Under the pieces are notes generated by a model. The model saw only the letters and a program-made list of their open reading frames with translations. It was not told the origin of the DNA and did no database searches. The translations under genes were made by a program, and so were the position numbers. Shown here piece after piece: positions 17,894 to 27,992 of a stretch of DNA of 64,000 bases. Source of the DNA: Acidobacteriota bacterium (GTDB taxonomy: Bacteria > Acidobacteriota > Vicinamibacteria > Vicinamibacterales > JAKQTR01); NCBI GenBank assembly GCA_029562975.1, contig JAKQTR010000016.1:124765-188764 (forward strand), written 5' to 3'. The first letter of the stretch is position 1. Every line of letters starts with the position of its first letter.

Positions 17894-17938
17894 GTCAGTC
17901 CTCCCGCGTGTCCGGCCGCGAGCCGGCAGCGGCCCCGC

Positions 17939-17977
17939 GGTACGGTAGTGCAGGTACGGCCGAGGATCAATCCGTAC
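17939..17977. repeat. Three copies of GGTACGG/CCGTAC half-site (two direct, one inverted) in divergent intergenic region
   Basis: GGTACGG at 17939-17945 and 17953-17959. CCGTAC at 17972-17977 can pair with the second copy (6-bp stem, 12-nt loop). Confidence 0.5.
17942..17970 (-). promoter_or_regulatory. Candidate promoter of the PLBD-like/NosL-like operon (-35 TTGATC, 17 nt, -10 TACCGT)
   Basis: On the minus strand, TTGATC is 17970-17965 and TACCGT is 17947-17942. The GGTACGG repeats overlap the spacer and -10. Sequence match only. Confidence 0.3.
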
Positions 17978-18148
17978 GCGCCCCCAGGGCAGCGCGCACA
18001 GGCCGTGCCGGCGGCCTGCCGGGGCCATGCGCCCCCGTTTCCGAGCCGCGGCCGCTCCGATCCGGGCTCGCTCGGCCGCGGGCGGGTCCGGCGCCGGGTG
18101 GCGCTCGACCCGCCGCCGATGTATCGTATGCGTCTGGCGAGTGTGCGC

Positions 18149-19174
18149 ATGGCGGTTGACTTCGACCTCATCGTGGCTGAGGGGCTGGCGGCGCTGGCGG
18201 CGGCGGACGGGTCCGGCGCGCTGGAGCGGTGGCGCGTCGCGCACCTCGGCAGGAGCGCGCCGGTGATGGCGGCGCTCGGGACCCTCGGCGCGCTCCCGAA
18301 GGAGGATCGCCGGGCGTTCGGGCAGCGCGGCAACCAGGCGAGACAGGCGCTCGAGCGCGCCTACGAGGAGGCGGCGGCGCGGGTCCGGCAAGCCGAGCTG
18401 TCGCGCGACCTCGAGGCCGGGGCCGTGGACGTGACGGCGCCGGGGCGGCGCCGGGGGCGCGGCCGGCTCCACCCGACCACGCGGACGCTGCGGAAAATCT
18501 ACGCGATCTTCGGGGAGATGGGCTTCCAGATCTACCGCTCGCGCGACGTCGAGACGGACGAGTACAACTTCAGCCTGCTCAACATCCCCCCGCACCACCC
18601 GGCGCGGGACATGTGGGACACCTTCTACACGACGGCGCCCAACGTCATCCTGCGGACGCACACGTCGCCCGGGCAGATCCACGTGATGCGGGAACGCTGC
18701 CCCGAGCCGATCCGCGTCATCCTGCCGGGCATGTGCTACCGCTACGAGCAGATTACCGCGCGCAGCGACATCCAGTTCTACCAGGTCGAGGGCCTCGCCA
18801 TCGGCCGGCGCATCACGATGGCCGATCTGAAGGGGACGCTGACGGCGTTCGCGCACGCGCTGTTCGGGTCCGAGGTCCGCACGCGGTTCCGGGCGGACCA
18901 CTTCCCGTTCACCGAGCCCTCGGCGGAGATGGACGTCGAGTGCTTCGTGTGCGAGGGGCAGGGCTGTCCGGTCTGCAAGCAGAGCGGGTGGCTGGAGATC
19001 CTGGGCTGCGGCATGGTGCACCCGGTGGTGCTGCAGAACGGCGGCTACGATCCCCGCGAGTTCTCCGGCTTCGCGTTCGGGATGGGCCCGCAGCGGATCA
19101 CCATGCTGATGCACAAGATCGAGGACATCCGGTACTTCTTCTCGAACGACGTGCGGTTCCTGGAGCAGTTCTGA
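18149..19174 (+). CDS. pheS: Phenylalanine--tRNA ligase alpha subunit
   Basis: Class II aaRS motifs HPARDMWDTFY, FRADHFPFTEPSAEMD and GCGMVHP...GFAFGMGPQRI. Start is ATG 18149 (alternative ATG 18128). The track ORF 16268.. is over-extended. Confidence 0.93.
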   Translation: MAVDFDLIVAEGLAALAAADGSGALERWRVAHLGRSAPVMAALGTLGALPKEDRRAFGQRGNQARQALERAYEEAAARVRQAELSRDLEAGAVDVTAPGRRRGRGRLHPTTRTLRKIYAIFGEMGFQIYRSRDVETDEYNFSLLNIPPHHPARDMWDTFYTTAPNVILRTHTSPGQIHVMRERCPEPIRVILPGMCYRYEQITARSDIQFYQVEGLAIGRRITMADLKGTLTAFAHALFGSEVRTRFRADHFPFTEPSAEMDVECFVCEGQGCPVCKQSGWLEILGCGMVHPVVLQNGGYDPREFSGFAFGMGPQRITMLMHKIEDIRYFFSNDVRFLEQF

Positions 19175-19256
19175 CGATCCGGGCGCGCTGCGGGCGCGCC
19201 GCGGCTGGCGGGCCGCGGGCGCACAGGGCGGGCCCAGTGGGCAAGCGAGACTGACG

Positions 19257-21839
19257 ATGCGCGTTCCGCTGACCTGGCTCCGCGACTACGTCGCGATCAC
19301 CGACACGCCGGACGAGCTGGCCTCCCGGCTGACCTACGCCGGACTCGAGGTCGAGGGCATCGAGTACGTCGGCCTGGCGCCCGTCACCCGCCCCGTCGCC
19401 GGCCTGCCGGCCGCGGGCCGCTCGGGCCCCGCGGCCCGAGGCCTCGCCTGGGACCCCGCCACGATCGTCATCGCCCGGATCCTCGAGGTGCTGCCGCACC
19501 CGAACGCGGACCGCCTCACGCTGCTCCGCGTGGACGACGGCTCGGGCGCCGAGCCTGTCGTGCTGACGGGCGCGCCGAACGTCTTTCACCTGAAAGGCGC
19601 GGGCCCGCTCCCGAAGCCGCTGAAGATCGTGTACGCCCGCGAGGGCGCCGTGCTCATCGACGGCCACAAGAGCGGCCGCGAGATCATCACGCTGAAGCGC
19701 GCCAAGATCCGCGGCGTCGAGTCGTCGTCGATGGCGTGCTCGGAGAAGGAGCTCGGCATCTCGGACGAGCACGACGGCATCATCATCCTGGACGACGACG
19801 CGCCGGTCGGGGCCGCGGCGGCCGAGTACATGGGCGATGTCGTGTTCGAGATCAAAATCAATCCGAACATGGCGCGCAACGCGTGCGTCCTAGGCATCGC
19901 CCGCGAAATCGCCGCCCTGACCGGGGCCCCCCTGAAGCCCCCGGCCCTGGGCGTGACCCAGGCCGGGCCGCCCATCGCGGGACGGGTCGGCATCGAGATC
20001 CGCGAGCCCGATTTGAACCCCCGCTTCGTCCTCGGGTTGATCGAGGGCGTCACCATCGCGCCGAGCCCCTATTGGGTCCGCCGCCGCCTCCGCCTGGCCG
20101 GCACCCGGCCGATCAACAACATCGTGGATGTGACCAACTACGTGATGTTCGAGTTGGGCGAGCCGCTCCACGCGTTCGACTTCGACGCCCTCGTGCGCCG
20201 CGCGGACGGCCGGCGGCCGACGATCATCACCAGGCGGGCGGGGCCCGGCGAGAGGATCACGACGCTGGACGGCGTCGAGCGGGCGCTCGACCCCTTCACG
20301 ATCCTGGTCTGCGACGAGGCCGGGCCGCTGTCGATTGCCGGCGTCATGGGCGGCGCGGAGACCGAGGTCGCCGACACGACGGCCAACGTGCTCCTTGAAG
20401 GCGCGGCCTGGAACCTCGTGAACGTGCGGCGGACCATGAAGGCGCAGGACCTGCCGTCGGAAGCCTCCTCTCGCTTCGCGCGCGGCGTCCATCCGGGCCT
20501 CGCCGAAAAGGGCGTCGTCCGGGCGCTGGAGCTGATGCGGCAGTGGGCCGGCGGCACCGTGGCCCGCGGCCTCGTGGACAGCTATCCCGGGCGGCCGGGT
20601 CCGGTCGTCGTCGACATCACCCCGGCCGAAGTCGAACGCCAGCTCGGCCTGCGCGTGCCGGCCGGCGAGATCGTGCGGATCCTGCGCGCCTTGGAGTTCT
20701 CCTGCGAGGTCGTCGGCGACGCCTCGGACCCCGCCGCGGTGGTCCGGGCGACGGCGCCGGACCACCGGCTGGACATCGGATCGGGCCACGCCGGCAAGGC
20801 CGATCTGGTCGAGGAGATCGCGCGCATCCACGGCTACGAGCGCATCCCCGAGACCATGCTCGCCGACGTGGTGCCGCCGCCCCATCCGAACCGCGATCTG
20901 GAGCGCGAGGAGCAGGCGCGGGACGTCCTTGTCAGCCTCGGCCTCCAGGAGATCGTCACCTACTCGCTGACCTCGCCGGAGCGCGAGGCGCGCCTCGCGC
21001 TGGCGGCGCGGCCGGAGGGCGGCGCCGAGATCCCGTACGTCCGGCTCGCGAACCCCATCGTCGTCGATCGAGTGGTGATGCGGCGAGCCATCCTGCCCGG
21101 CCTGATCGAGGCGGCGGCGGCCAACAGCCGCAACACCGATCGGATGGCCTTCTTCGAAATCGGCAACGTCTTCCTGCCGAGGCCGGAGGAGGCCCTGCCC
21201 GGCGAGCCGCGGCGCCTCGCCCTCGTGCTGTCAGGGGCGCGCACGCTGCCGGGGTGGCAGCAGGGCGACCGCGCGGCCATGGATTTCTTCGACCTCAAGG
21301 GCGTCATCGAGGAGCTGGGAGAGGCGCTGGCCGTCGCCGGCGTCGAGTTCGAGCCCGGCGAGCGCGACGGCCTGCGGCCGGGCCGCTCGGCGGCCGTGCG
21401 CGCGGGGGGCGAGGCCATCGGCTGGGCCGGGGAGCTCCACCCGACCGTCGCCGGGCGCTTCGGACTCGAGGGCCGGGCCGTCCTGGCCGCCGAACTCGAA
21501 CTCGACCCGCTGCTGCGCCGCGCGGCCGAGCGGTTCACCGTGCGTCCGGTGCCCGTCTACCCGCCGGTCAAGGAGGATCTCGCGTTCGTGCTGGACCGCG
21601 CGATCCCCGTGTCGCGCGTGCAGGAGGTCATCCGGGCCGCCGGCGGCCCCATGCTGGCGGGCGTGGCGCTCTTCGACGAGTACGCCGGCGAGCAGGTCGG
21701 AGCCGGCAAGCGCAGCCTGGCGTTCAGCCTGACGTACCAGGCGCCGGATCGCACGTTGACCGACGCGGACGCCCGGAAGATCCGCGAGCGCGTGGCGCGC
21801 GCGCTGAAGGACGAGCTCGGCGCGGCACTTCGGGCCTGA
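19257..21839 (+). CDS. pheT: Phenylalanine--tRNA ligase beta subunit
   Basis: MRVPLTWLRDYV N-terminus, tRNA-binding domain (VLPHPNADRLTLLRVDDG), B3/4, B5 and C-terminal FDX-ACB domains. Follows pheS. Confidence 0.93.
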   Translation: MRVPLTWLRDYVAITDTPDELASRLTYAGLEVEGIEYVGLAPVTRPVAGLPAAGRSGPAARGLAWDPATIVIARILEVLPHPNADRLTLLRVDDGSGAEPVVLTGAPNVFHLKGAGPLPKPLKIVYAREGAVLIDGHKSGREIITLKRAKIRGVESSSMACSEKELGISDEHDGIIILDDDAPVGAAAAEYMGDVVFEIKINPNMARNACVLGIAREIAALTGAPLKPPALGVTQAGPPIAGRVGIEIREPDLNPRFVLGLIEGVTIAPSPYWVRRRLRLAGTRPINNIVDVTNYVMFELGEPLHAFDFDALVRRADGRRPTIITRRAGPGERITTLDGVERALDPFTILVCDEAGPLSIAGVMGGAETEVADTTANVLLEGAAWNLVNVRRTMKAQDLPSEASSRFARGVHPGLAEKGVVRALELMRQWAGGTVARGLVDSYPGRPGPVVVDITPAEVERQLGLRVPAGEIVRILRALEFSCEVVGDASDPAAVVRATAPDHRLDIGSGHAGKADLVEEIARIHGYERIPETMLADVVPPPHPNRDLEREEQARDVLVSLGLQEIVTYSLTSPEREARLALAARPEGGAEIPYVRLANPIVVDRVVMRRAILPGLIEAAAANSRNTDRMAFFEIGNVFLPRPEEALPGEPRRLALVLSGARTLPGWQQGDRAAMDFFDLKGVIEELGEALAVAGVEFEPGERDGLRPGRSAAVRAGGEAIGWAGELHPTVAGRFGLEGRAVLAAELELDPLLRRAAERFTVRPVPVYPPVKEDLAFVLDRAIPVSRVQEVIRAAGGPMLAGVALFDEYAGEQVGAGKRSLAFSLTYQAPDRTLTDADARKIRERVARALKDELGAALRA

Positions 21840-21847
21840 GTGCGAAC

Positions 21848-21876
21848 GGGGCGTCGGGCGCCCGCAGGCCCGCCCC
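21848..21876. terminator. GC-rich hairpin between convergent pheT and lipid-kinase genes (possible bidirectional terminator)
   Basis: GGGGCG 21848-21853 pairs with CGCCCC 21871-21876. Inner palindrome CGGGCGCCCG at 21855-21864. No U-tract. Confidence 0.25.
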
Positions 21877-21878
21877 AG

Positions 21879-22778
21879 TCAGGCCCTGGCCGGCGCGCGC
21901 ACGCGCAGCGCGGCCCGCTTCACCTCGATGCGGATCGTCGAGAGCCGCCCGAGGGGCTCCCCATCCACGTGCACCGGAGCGGGCGGCGACGCCGTGATGG
22001 TGGCGCACCGCACCTGGCGGTTCACGACGCCCTCGAGCGACGCGAGCGACCCGGCGAAGAGCCGCCACAGGTTCGCGATGAAGGCGGCCGGCCCGCGCGG
22101 CGGAATGACGACCACGTCGAGCCGGTCATCGTCCATGACGGCGTTCGGCGCGATGAGCGCGCCGTTCCCCCACTGCCGGGTGTTCGCCACCGTGATCAGC
22201 ATGGCGCGCAGCGGAGGCTCCTCGCCCTCATCGGTCTCGATGCGGTAGAGGCCGGGCTGGTACGCGCCCAGTTCCCGGATGGTGGTGGCGGCATAGGAGG
22301 CGAACCCGCGGACTCTCGCCGCCGAGGCGGCGAAGACCTCCGCCACGTGCGCGTCGAATCCGACGCCGGCGCAGTTGCAGAACAGCCGCCCGTTGAGTTC
22401 GCCCATGTCGATCGTGCGGTCGACGCCGTCGAGCGCCACCGCCAGCGCCGCCTCCGGCCGCCGGGGGATCCCGAGCTCGCGTGCGAGCCCGTTGCCCGAT
22501 CCGACGGGGACGATGCCGAGCGCCGACCGGCTGCCGACGAGCGGGGCGGCGACCTCGTTGATCGTGCCGTCCCCGCCCCACGCCACGACGAGGTCGGCCC
22601 CGTCGGCGATGGCCTGCCGGGCAAGAGAGGTTGCGTGTCCCGGGCCCGTCGTGAACGAGAGATCGCCCTGCACGCCGCGGCGGTCGAAGATGGCCTGGAC
22701 GCGCCGCGCCAGCTCCCCGGTGTGGCGGCGGCGCCACGCCGGCCCGGCGGCGGGGTTCGCGATGACGACGACTCTCAT
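21879..22778 (-). CDS. Diacylglycerol/lipid kinase family protein (YegS/BmrU-like)
   Basis: MRVVVIANPAAG..., WGGDGTINEV and GIVPVGSGNGLAREL motifs. ATG 22778; the track ORF 21879..23060 is over-extended. Confidence 0.85.
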   Translation of the reverse strand: MRVVVIANPAAGPAWRRRHTGELARRVQAIFDRRGVQGDLSFTTGPGHATSLARQAIADGADLVVAWGGDGTINEVAAPLVGSRSALGIVPVGSGNGLARELGIPRRPEAALAVALDGVDRTIDMGELNGRLFCNCAGVGFDAHVAEVFAASAARVRGFASYAATTIRELGAYQPGLYRIETDEGEEPPLRAMLITVANTRQWGNGALIAPNAVMDDDRLDVVVIPPRGPAAFIANLWRLFAGSLASLEGVVNRQVRCATITASPPAPVHVDGEPLGRLSTIRIEVKRAALRVRAPARA

Positions 22779-22944
22779 GGGCACAGACAGCCTACCACCA
22801 GCGGCCAGCGGGCGCGCGAGCAGGGGCCGCGGGAGGCGCCGGGCCGCCGGTGCCGGAGGGCGGCTTGCGCGCAAGCCGCCCTCCGGCCTACCCTTCATAG
22901 GTTTGACCCGCGTCTCCGAGCAGGGAGCGTGAGAAGGAGTGAGC

Positions 22945-25122
22945 ATGAAGAGGACTGGATGGGCGGCGGGGTTCGCCGTGGTGGCGGTGGCGCTCGTCGG
23001 CGGGCAGGAGCGCGAGGATCGCACGCTGCTCTCGCACGGCGAGATGCGGGCCATCATCAACGAAGCGTCCGGCGATCGGGCCGTTCACGCCGTGTACGAG
23101 ATGGTCCCCTATCCCCGCGTTCGCGACCGGGCCGAGTATTCGACCCGCTTCCGCGAGTCCGCTGTGATTGCGAAGCTCGCGCAGGAGTTCGGCTTCAGCG
23201 ACGTTGCGGTGGAGTCGTTCGCGCAAGGCACGCCGACGTGGCACGCAAACCGCGCCGAGCTGTGGGTGGCGGGGCCCAAGCCCGAGAAGCTCTACGACGT
23301 GCACGACATCCTCGTGTCCGTCGCGTCGGGCAGCGACTCGGGTGACGTGACGGCGGCCCTCGTCGACGTGGGCACCGGCACCCGGCCCGAGGACTACGCC
23401 GGGAAGGACGTGAGCGGGAAGATCGTGCTGGGAAGCGGACCGGCCGGCGTGCTCCAGCGCCTGGCCGTGTTCGAGCGCGGGGCCGTCGGCGTGCTGAGCT
23501 ACAACGCGCTGCGCGGCGACGACTACCCCGATCAGCTGCTGTCCCAGAGCGTGTCCTCGGCGGCGCCTCAGGGAAAGGCTCCCGGCTTCGGCTGGTCGAT
23601 CGCGCCGCGCCAGGGGCGCGCCCTGGCCGCGCGCCTCGCGCAGGGCGAGGCGGTCGTGATCCGGTCGATCATCCAGGCCGAGACGTTTCCCGCCGAACTG
23701 GAAATGGTGCACGCGGTCATCCCCGGCGACGGCAGCTCGAACCAGGTCGTGATGATCACCGGCCACCTCTACGAGGGCTATACCAAGCAAGGCGCGAACG
23801 ACAACGTCTCCGGATGCGCGCTGTCGCTCGAGATGGGCCGCGCCTACCTCCGGCTCGTGGCCGACGGCGCTCTGCCGAAGCCGAAACGGGCGATTCACTT
23901 CCTCTGGGTGCCCGAGATCAGCGGCACCATGGCGTGGCTCAGGGCGCACGACGATGTCGCGAAGCGGATCGTCGCCAACCTCAACTTCGACATGGAAGGG
24001 CTGCTGCTGAGGCTCAGCGGCAGCGCCTGGGTCATGCACCGGACCCCGGACTCGGTGCCGTCCTTTCTGAACGACCTGTGCGCCAGCGTGCTGCGGTTCG
24101 TCGGAGAGACCAACCGCGAGCGCGTGCGCTACCGCTCGGTGGCCTACGGATTCACGCTTCCGGTCGTGTCGCAGAACGGCAGCCGGGACCCGTTCTTCGT
24201 CATCGAAGACCCGTACTACGGCGCGAGCGACCACGTCGTGTTCATCAACCAGGGCATTCCGGCGGTGATGTTCATCACCTGGCCGGACAACTTCTACCAC
24301 TCGTCGCAGGACACGCCCGAGCGCCTCGACCCCACGCAGATGAAGCGCGCGGCGGTCGTCGGCATCGGCTGCATGAGCCTGGTGGCGTCGGCCGGCGACG
24401 AGACGGGCCTGAAAGTGGCGGCCGAGTCGCTGGCGAGGGGCGCCGAGCGGATGGGCCAGGCGCAGCGCAAGGGCGCGTCCTACATCGCGGACCTCTCGTT
24501 CGGCCTCTCCCTCCCGGAAGCCTACAAGGAGGCGCGGACGGCCATCCGCCATCAGGCCAACGTCGAGAAGGCGGTGGTGAAGTCCGCCTCGGTCCTGTTC
24601 GCCGATCCGGCGGCCGCCGCGAAGAAGCTGGCGGCGTTCGACCTGCTCATCGACCAGCGCGCGGCCAGCCTGCAGAACGAGATCGCGGCGCTCTGCCGCC
24701 TGCGGGCGGAGCAGCTGAAGCTGCCGTGGGCCGAACCCGCGCCGACCGACCTGGAGAAGCGGGCCGCCGCGACGCTGGTCGAAGCCCTGCCGCAGCCGGC
24801 CGGCGCGTCGCCCTTCGGAGGAGGCGGCCGGCGCGCTCAGACGGGCCCGATGACTCCGGCCATGCAGGCGATGGCGGACGCCCGGCGGAAGATCCCGGCC
24901 CACATCCTCGGTGAACTCGGCACGGTCATGCGGCAGGGCCGGACGGTCCTGGAAATCCGGGACTTCATCTCGGGCGAGTTCGAGCCCGTGCCCCTGCAGG
25001 ACGTCTTCGACTATCTGAAGGCCGCCGAGGCCCTCGGGCAGGTCAGGCTGGTCGAGAAGCCGGCTGCGCCAGCGACGAAGAAGGCGCCTGCGACAGTGAA
25101 GGCCCCGGCGCAGGCAGGCTGA
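22945..25122 (+). CDS. M28-family metallopeptidase with PA (protease-associated) domain, secreted
   Basis: Signal peptide MKRTGWAAGFAVVAVALVGG, then a PA-like insert (GKDVSGKIVLG). M28 motifs ITGHLYEGY...GANDNVSGCA, NFDMEG and GASDHVVF. GAAGGAG lies 5 nt upstream of ATG 22945. Confidence 0.8.
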   Translation: MKRTGWAAGFAVVAVALVGGQEREDRTLLSHGEMRAIINEASGDRAVHAVYEMVPYPRVRDRAEYSTRFRESAVIAKLAQEFGFSDVAVESFAQGTPTWHANRAELWVAGPKPEKLYDVHDILVSVASGSDSGDVTAALVDVGTGTRPEDYAGKDVSGKIVLGSGPAGVLQRLAVFERGAVGVLSYNALRGDDYPDQLLSQSVSSAAPQGKAPGFGWSIAPRQGRALAARLAQGEAVVIRSIIQAETFPAELEMVHAVIPGDGSSNQVVMITGHLYEGYTKQGANDNVSGCALSLEMGRAYLRLVADGALPKPKRAIHFLWVPEISGTMAWLRAHDDVAKRIVANLNFDMEGLLLRLSGSAWVMHRTPDSVPSFLNDLCASVLRFVGETNRERVRYRSVAYGFTLPVVSQNGSRDPFFVIEDPYYGASDHVVFINQGIPAVMFITWPDNFYHSSQDTPERLDPTQMKRAAVVGIGCMSLVASAGDETGLKVAAESLARGAERMGQAQRKGASYIADLSFGLSLPEAYKEARTAIRHQANVEKAVVKSASVLFADPAAAAKKLAAFDLLIDQRAASLQNEIAALCRLRAEQLKLPWAEPAPTDLEKRAAATLVEALPQPAGASPFGGGGRRAQTGPMTPAMQAMADARRKIPAHILGELGTVMRQGRTVLEIRDFISGEFEPVPLQDVFDYLKAAEALGQVRLVEKPAAPATKKAPATVKAPAQAG

Positions 25123-25127
25123 CTCCG

Positions 25128-25670
25128 ATGGCGCGTCAACACGAACACGTGACGTACTTCACCTACCTGGACACTCCCGTCGGCGTCCTCATGCTGGCGG
25201 GATGTCCGGACCACGGCCTCCGGCATGTCGCATTCCAGTGCGGACAAGGCGCGCTGGCGCCCGAGCCGGACTGGAAGCCGTCGAAGAAGCCGTTCCGCGA
25301 GGCTGAACGCCAGCTCATCGAGTACTTCCATGGGCGGCGGACTCGGTTCGACCTCCGGCTCAGCCCGACGGGCACGGCGTTCCAGACGGCGGTGTGGAAG
25401 GCCCTGCAGCGGATCCCGTACGGGGAAACCCGGTCGTACGGCGAAATCGCGAAGGCCGTCGGCCGCCCGCGCGCGGCACGCGCCGTCGGCCTCGCCAACG
25501 CCAGGAACCCCCTGCCGATCGTGGTGCCCTGCCACCGCGTCATCGGCAGCACGGGCAGGCTCGTTGGCTTCGGCGGCGGCCTGCCGGTGAAGCAGGCGCT
25601 CCTGGATCTCGAGCGCAGGGTCAGCCGCGCGCGTCGAACACGACCCGCCCCCCGACGATCGTCGTCGTAA
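25128..25670 (+). CDS. ogt: Methylated-DNA--protein-cysteine methyltransferase
   Basis: Active-site motif IVVPCHRVIG plus IPYGETRSYGEIA and NARNPLPI. The C-terminal Arg/Ser-rich tail overlaps the convergent amidohydrolase gene. Confidence 0.9.
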   Translation: MARQHEHVTYFTYLDTPVGVLMLAGCPDHGLRHVAFQCGQGALAPEPDWKPSKKPFREAERQLIEYFHGRRTRFDLRLSPTGTAFQTAVWKALQRIPYGETRSYGEIAKAVGRPRAARAVGLANARNPLPIVVPCHRVIGSTGRLVGFGGGLPVKQALLDLERRVSRARRTRPAPRRSSS

Positions 25671-27297
25671 CCCGGGCCTCGCGGACCCTGTCCGGGGCGA
25701 TCGCGAGGATGTCGTCGGACAGGATCGCGAGGTCGGCGAAGGCGCCGGGAGCGACGACACCCTTCCGGCCGTCGGTGAACTCGGCGTACGCCGACCCGCT
25801 GGTGTAGCCTCGCAACGCGTCTTCGACGGTGATCTTCTGGCGCGGCACCCACCCTTCGGGATGGGCCCCGTCCAGCGTCGCCCGCGTGGCCGCCGCGTAG
25901 ATGCCGAGGAGCGGGTTCAGCGGAGCCACCGGCCAGTCGGACCCGAGGGCCAGGCGCACCCCCTTCTCGAGAAGCGTCCGGAACGGGTACGCGGATCGGA
26001 TGCGGCGGGGGCCGATGCGCCGCTCCGCCCATCGCCCGTCGTCGATGGCGTGGTAGGGCTGGACCGCCGCGATGACCCCGAGCGACGCGAAGCGGTCGAA
26101 GTCGGCCTCGGCCACGTGCTGCGCGTGCTCGATGCGGAGCCGCCGGTCGCGCGGACCGTTTGCCGCCACGACGTCAGTGAACACGTCCAGCACGATGGAG
26201 ACCGCGCGATCGCCGATCGCGTGCACGCACAGCTGGAGCCCGGCCGCGTCCGCGGCGATGAGCCGCCGACGGGCGTCCTCCAGCGGCGTCAGATCGTCTG
26301 CGAGCAGGCCGATCGTATCCGGCGCGTCGGCGTACGGCTCGAAGAACAGCGCCGTCGACGATCCGAGCGAGCCGTCGGCGAACGCCTTGACGGCGCCCAG
26401 GCTGAGCCAAGGCGTGCCGAATGCGCTACGGGCTCCCCAATTCGCCTGCTCCTCCCAGCGCGCGGCCGGCGGGGCCGCAGACACCCGGAGCGTCAAGCGC
26501 CCCGCGTCAGCGAGCTCGGCCAAGGCCGCCAGGTCGTCCGGCTCGGGCCCCATGTCCCGCACGCTCGTGACGCCCAGCGACGCCGCGTGGTCCAGCGCGC
26601 GCCTGAGCGTCGCGGTGCGCTGCGCGCGAGTGGGGGGAGGAACCGCCCGGACGACCAGCGCCATGGCGGCGTCCTTCAGCACTCCCGTCGCCCGGCCGCC
26701 CCGGTCGCGCACGATCACGCCGCCGGGCGGGTCGGGCGTCCCCGCGGCGATGCCCGCGAGTTCGAGCGCGAGGGAATTGGCCGCGGCCATGTGGAGGTCG
26801 TACCGCGCCACGAAGACGGGCGTCGCCGGAGCCGCACGGTCGAGAAGGTCCCGGTCCGGCGGCAGGGCACGATCCCAGCGCTGCTCGTCCCATCCCCCGC
26901 CAAGCACCCACGATCCCGCCGGCGTGACGGCGGCGCGCTCGCCTACGAGACGGGCGAGCTCAGCGGGCGACGCGGCCTCGCGCAGGTCCACGCTGTCGAG
27001 CTGCCGCCCGCCGGCCATGAGGTGGACGTGCGAATCGTTGAAGCCCGGGACGATCCTGGCGCCTCGCGCGTCGATGACCGTCGTGGCGCGGCCTCGCCAC
27101 CCCGCCAGCGCCGATGTGGGCCCGACGGCCGCGATCCGGTCGCCGGCGACGGCAACCGCCCCGGCCTCGGAGCGGCCGGCGAGCCCCGTCCACACCCTGC
27201 CGTTCAACACGAGCAGGTCGGCCGGTCCGGTTCGCGCACCGGCTCCGCGGCCCGCGGCCCCGGGCGCTGCCGGCCCCGGCTGCGGCGCTGAGTCCAT
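25621..27297 (-). CDS. Amidohydrolase-family protein (YtcJ-like, amidohydrolase 3)
   Basis: Metal-binding FNDSHVHLM near the N-terminus, HAIGD and C-terminal GSDWPV...ADLAILS motifs. Confidence 0.85.
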   Translation of the reverse strand: MDSAPQPGPAAPGAAGRGAGARTGPADLLVLNGRVWTGLAGRSEAGAVAVAGDRIAAVGPTSALAGWRGRATTVIDARGARIVPGFNDSHVHLMAGGRQLDSVDLREAASPAELARLVGERAAVTPAGSWVLGGGWDEQRWDRALPPDRDLLDRAAPATPVFVARYDLHMAAANSLALELAGIAAGTPDPPGGVIVRDRGGRATGVLKDAAMALVVRAVPPPTRAQRTATLRRALDHAASLGVTSVRDMGPEPDDLAALAELADAGRLTLRVSAAPPAARWEEQANWGARSAFGTPWLSLGAVKAFADGSLGSSTALFFEPYADAPDTIGLLADDLTPLEDARRRLIAADAAGLQLCVHAIGDRAVSIVLDVFTDVVAANGPRDRRLRIEHAQHVAEADFDRFASLGVIAAVQPYHAIDDGRWAERRIGPRRIRSAYPFRTLLEKGVRLALGSDWPVAPLNPLLGIYAAATRATLDGAHPEGWVPRQKITVEDALRGYTSGSAYAEFTDGRKGVVAPGAFADLAILSDDILAIAPDRVREARVTTTIVGGRVVFDARG

Positions 27298-27425
27298 GAC
27301 ACCCCCAACAAAGGTCGACGGTGGGATTATACTGATGGGTGCGCGTCGGCTGCGCCGGCGGCGGGCGCGCGCGAACGGCCGTGAGCCCCCGCATGGCCAA
27401 GGCGAGATGGGACGGGAGGTTCCGG

Positions 27426-27866
27426 ATGGAGGATGCGGGTCAGAAGGCGTACAACGTCCAGCAGTTCCAGGATCTCGTGAAGGACATCCCGTTTGCGATG
27501 TTCACGACCATGAACGGCGAGCGCGGCCTGCGGAGCCGCCCGATGGTGGCGTCTGCTGGGGCGTTCGATGGGGACCTCTGGTTCTTCACTCGCACCTCGT
27601 CGGCCGTCGCCCAGGAACTCGCCAAGAACGCGGTCGTGAACATCACGTATGTCTCGGCGCCGGAGGATCGGTTCATTTCGGTCTCGGGCAACGCGTGCGT
27701 GGTGCGGGATGTCGAGCACGCCCTGGCCATGTGGCACCCGGCCTACAACCAGTGGTTCCCCGGCGGCGCCGCCGACGCCGACCTGTCGCTCATCAAGGTT
27801 GAGGTCAGACGCGTCGAGTACTGGGACCGGAAGGCCGGGCGCATGAAGGACCTCGAGGCACGATAG
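27426..27866 (+). CDS. Pyridoxamine 5'-phosphate oxidase-like / general stress protein 26 family
   Basis: FAMFTTMNGERGLRSRPM...DLWFFT...ISVSGNACVV...WFPGG...LIKVEVRRVEYWD. ATG 27426 is preceded by GGGAGG. Confidence 0.8.
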   Translation: MEDAGQKAYNVQQFQDLVKDIPFAMFTTMNGERGLRSRPMVASAGAFDGDLWFFTRTSSAVAQELAKNAVVNITYVSAPEDRFISVSGNACVVRDVEHALAMWHPAYNQWFPGGAADADLSLIKVEVRRVEYWDRKAGRMKDLEAR

Positions 27867-27992
27867 CGCCCCTTGACTTCGGGCGGCGAAACGCCGATAT
27901 TACGGGGGGCTGTTGAGTCCCAGGCGAACCCGAGGAAGACGGCCGCACGGTGTGGAGGCACATGCCGGCGCGGCTGCAAGGCAGGTGACGCC

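Noticed and set aside
17894-18148. T-box or pheM-like leader peptide/attenuator upstream of pheS.
   Set aside because: No Phe-rich mini-ORF, no specifier/T-box sequence, and no terminator/antiterminator pair seen. Only the GGTACGG repeats, reported separately.
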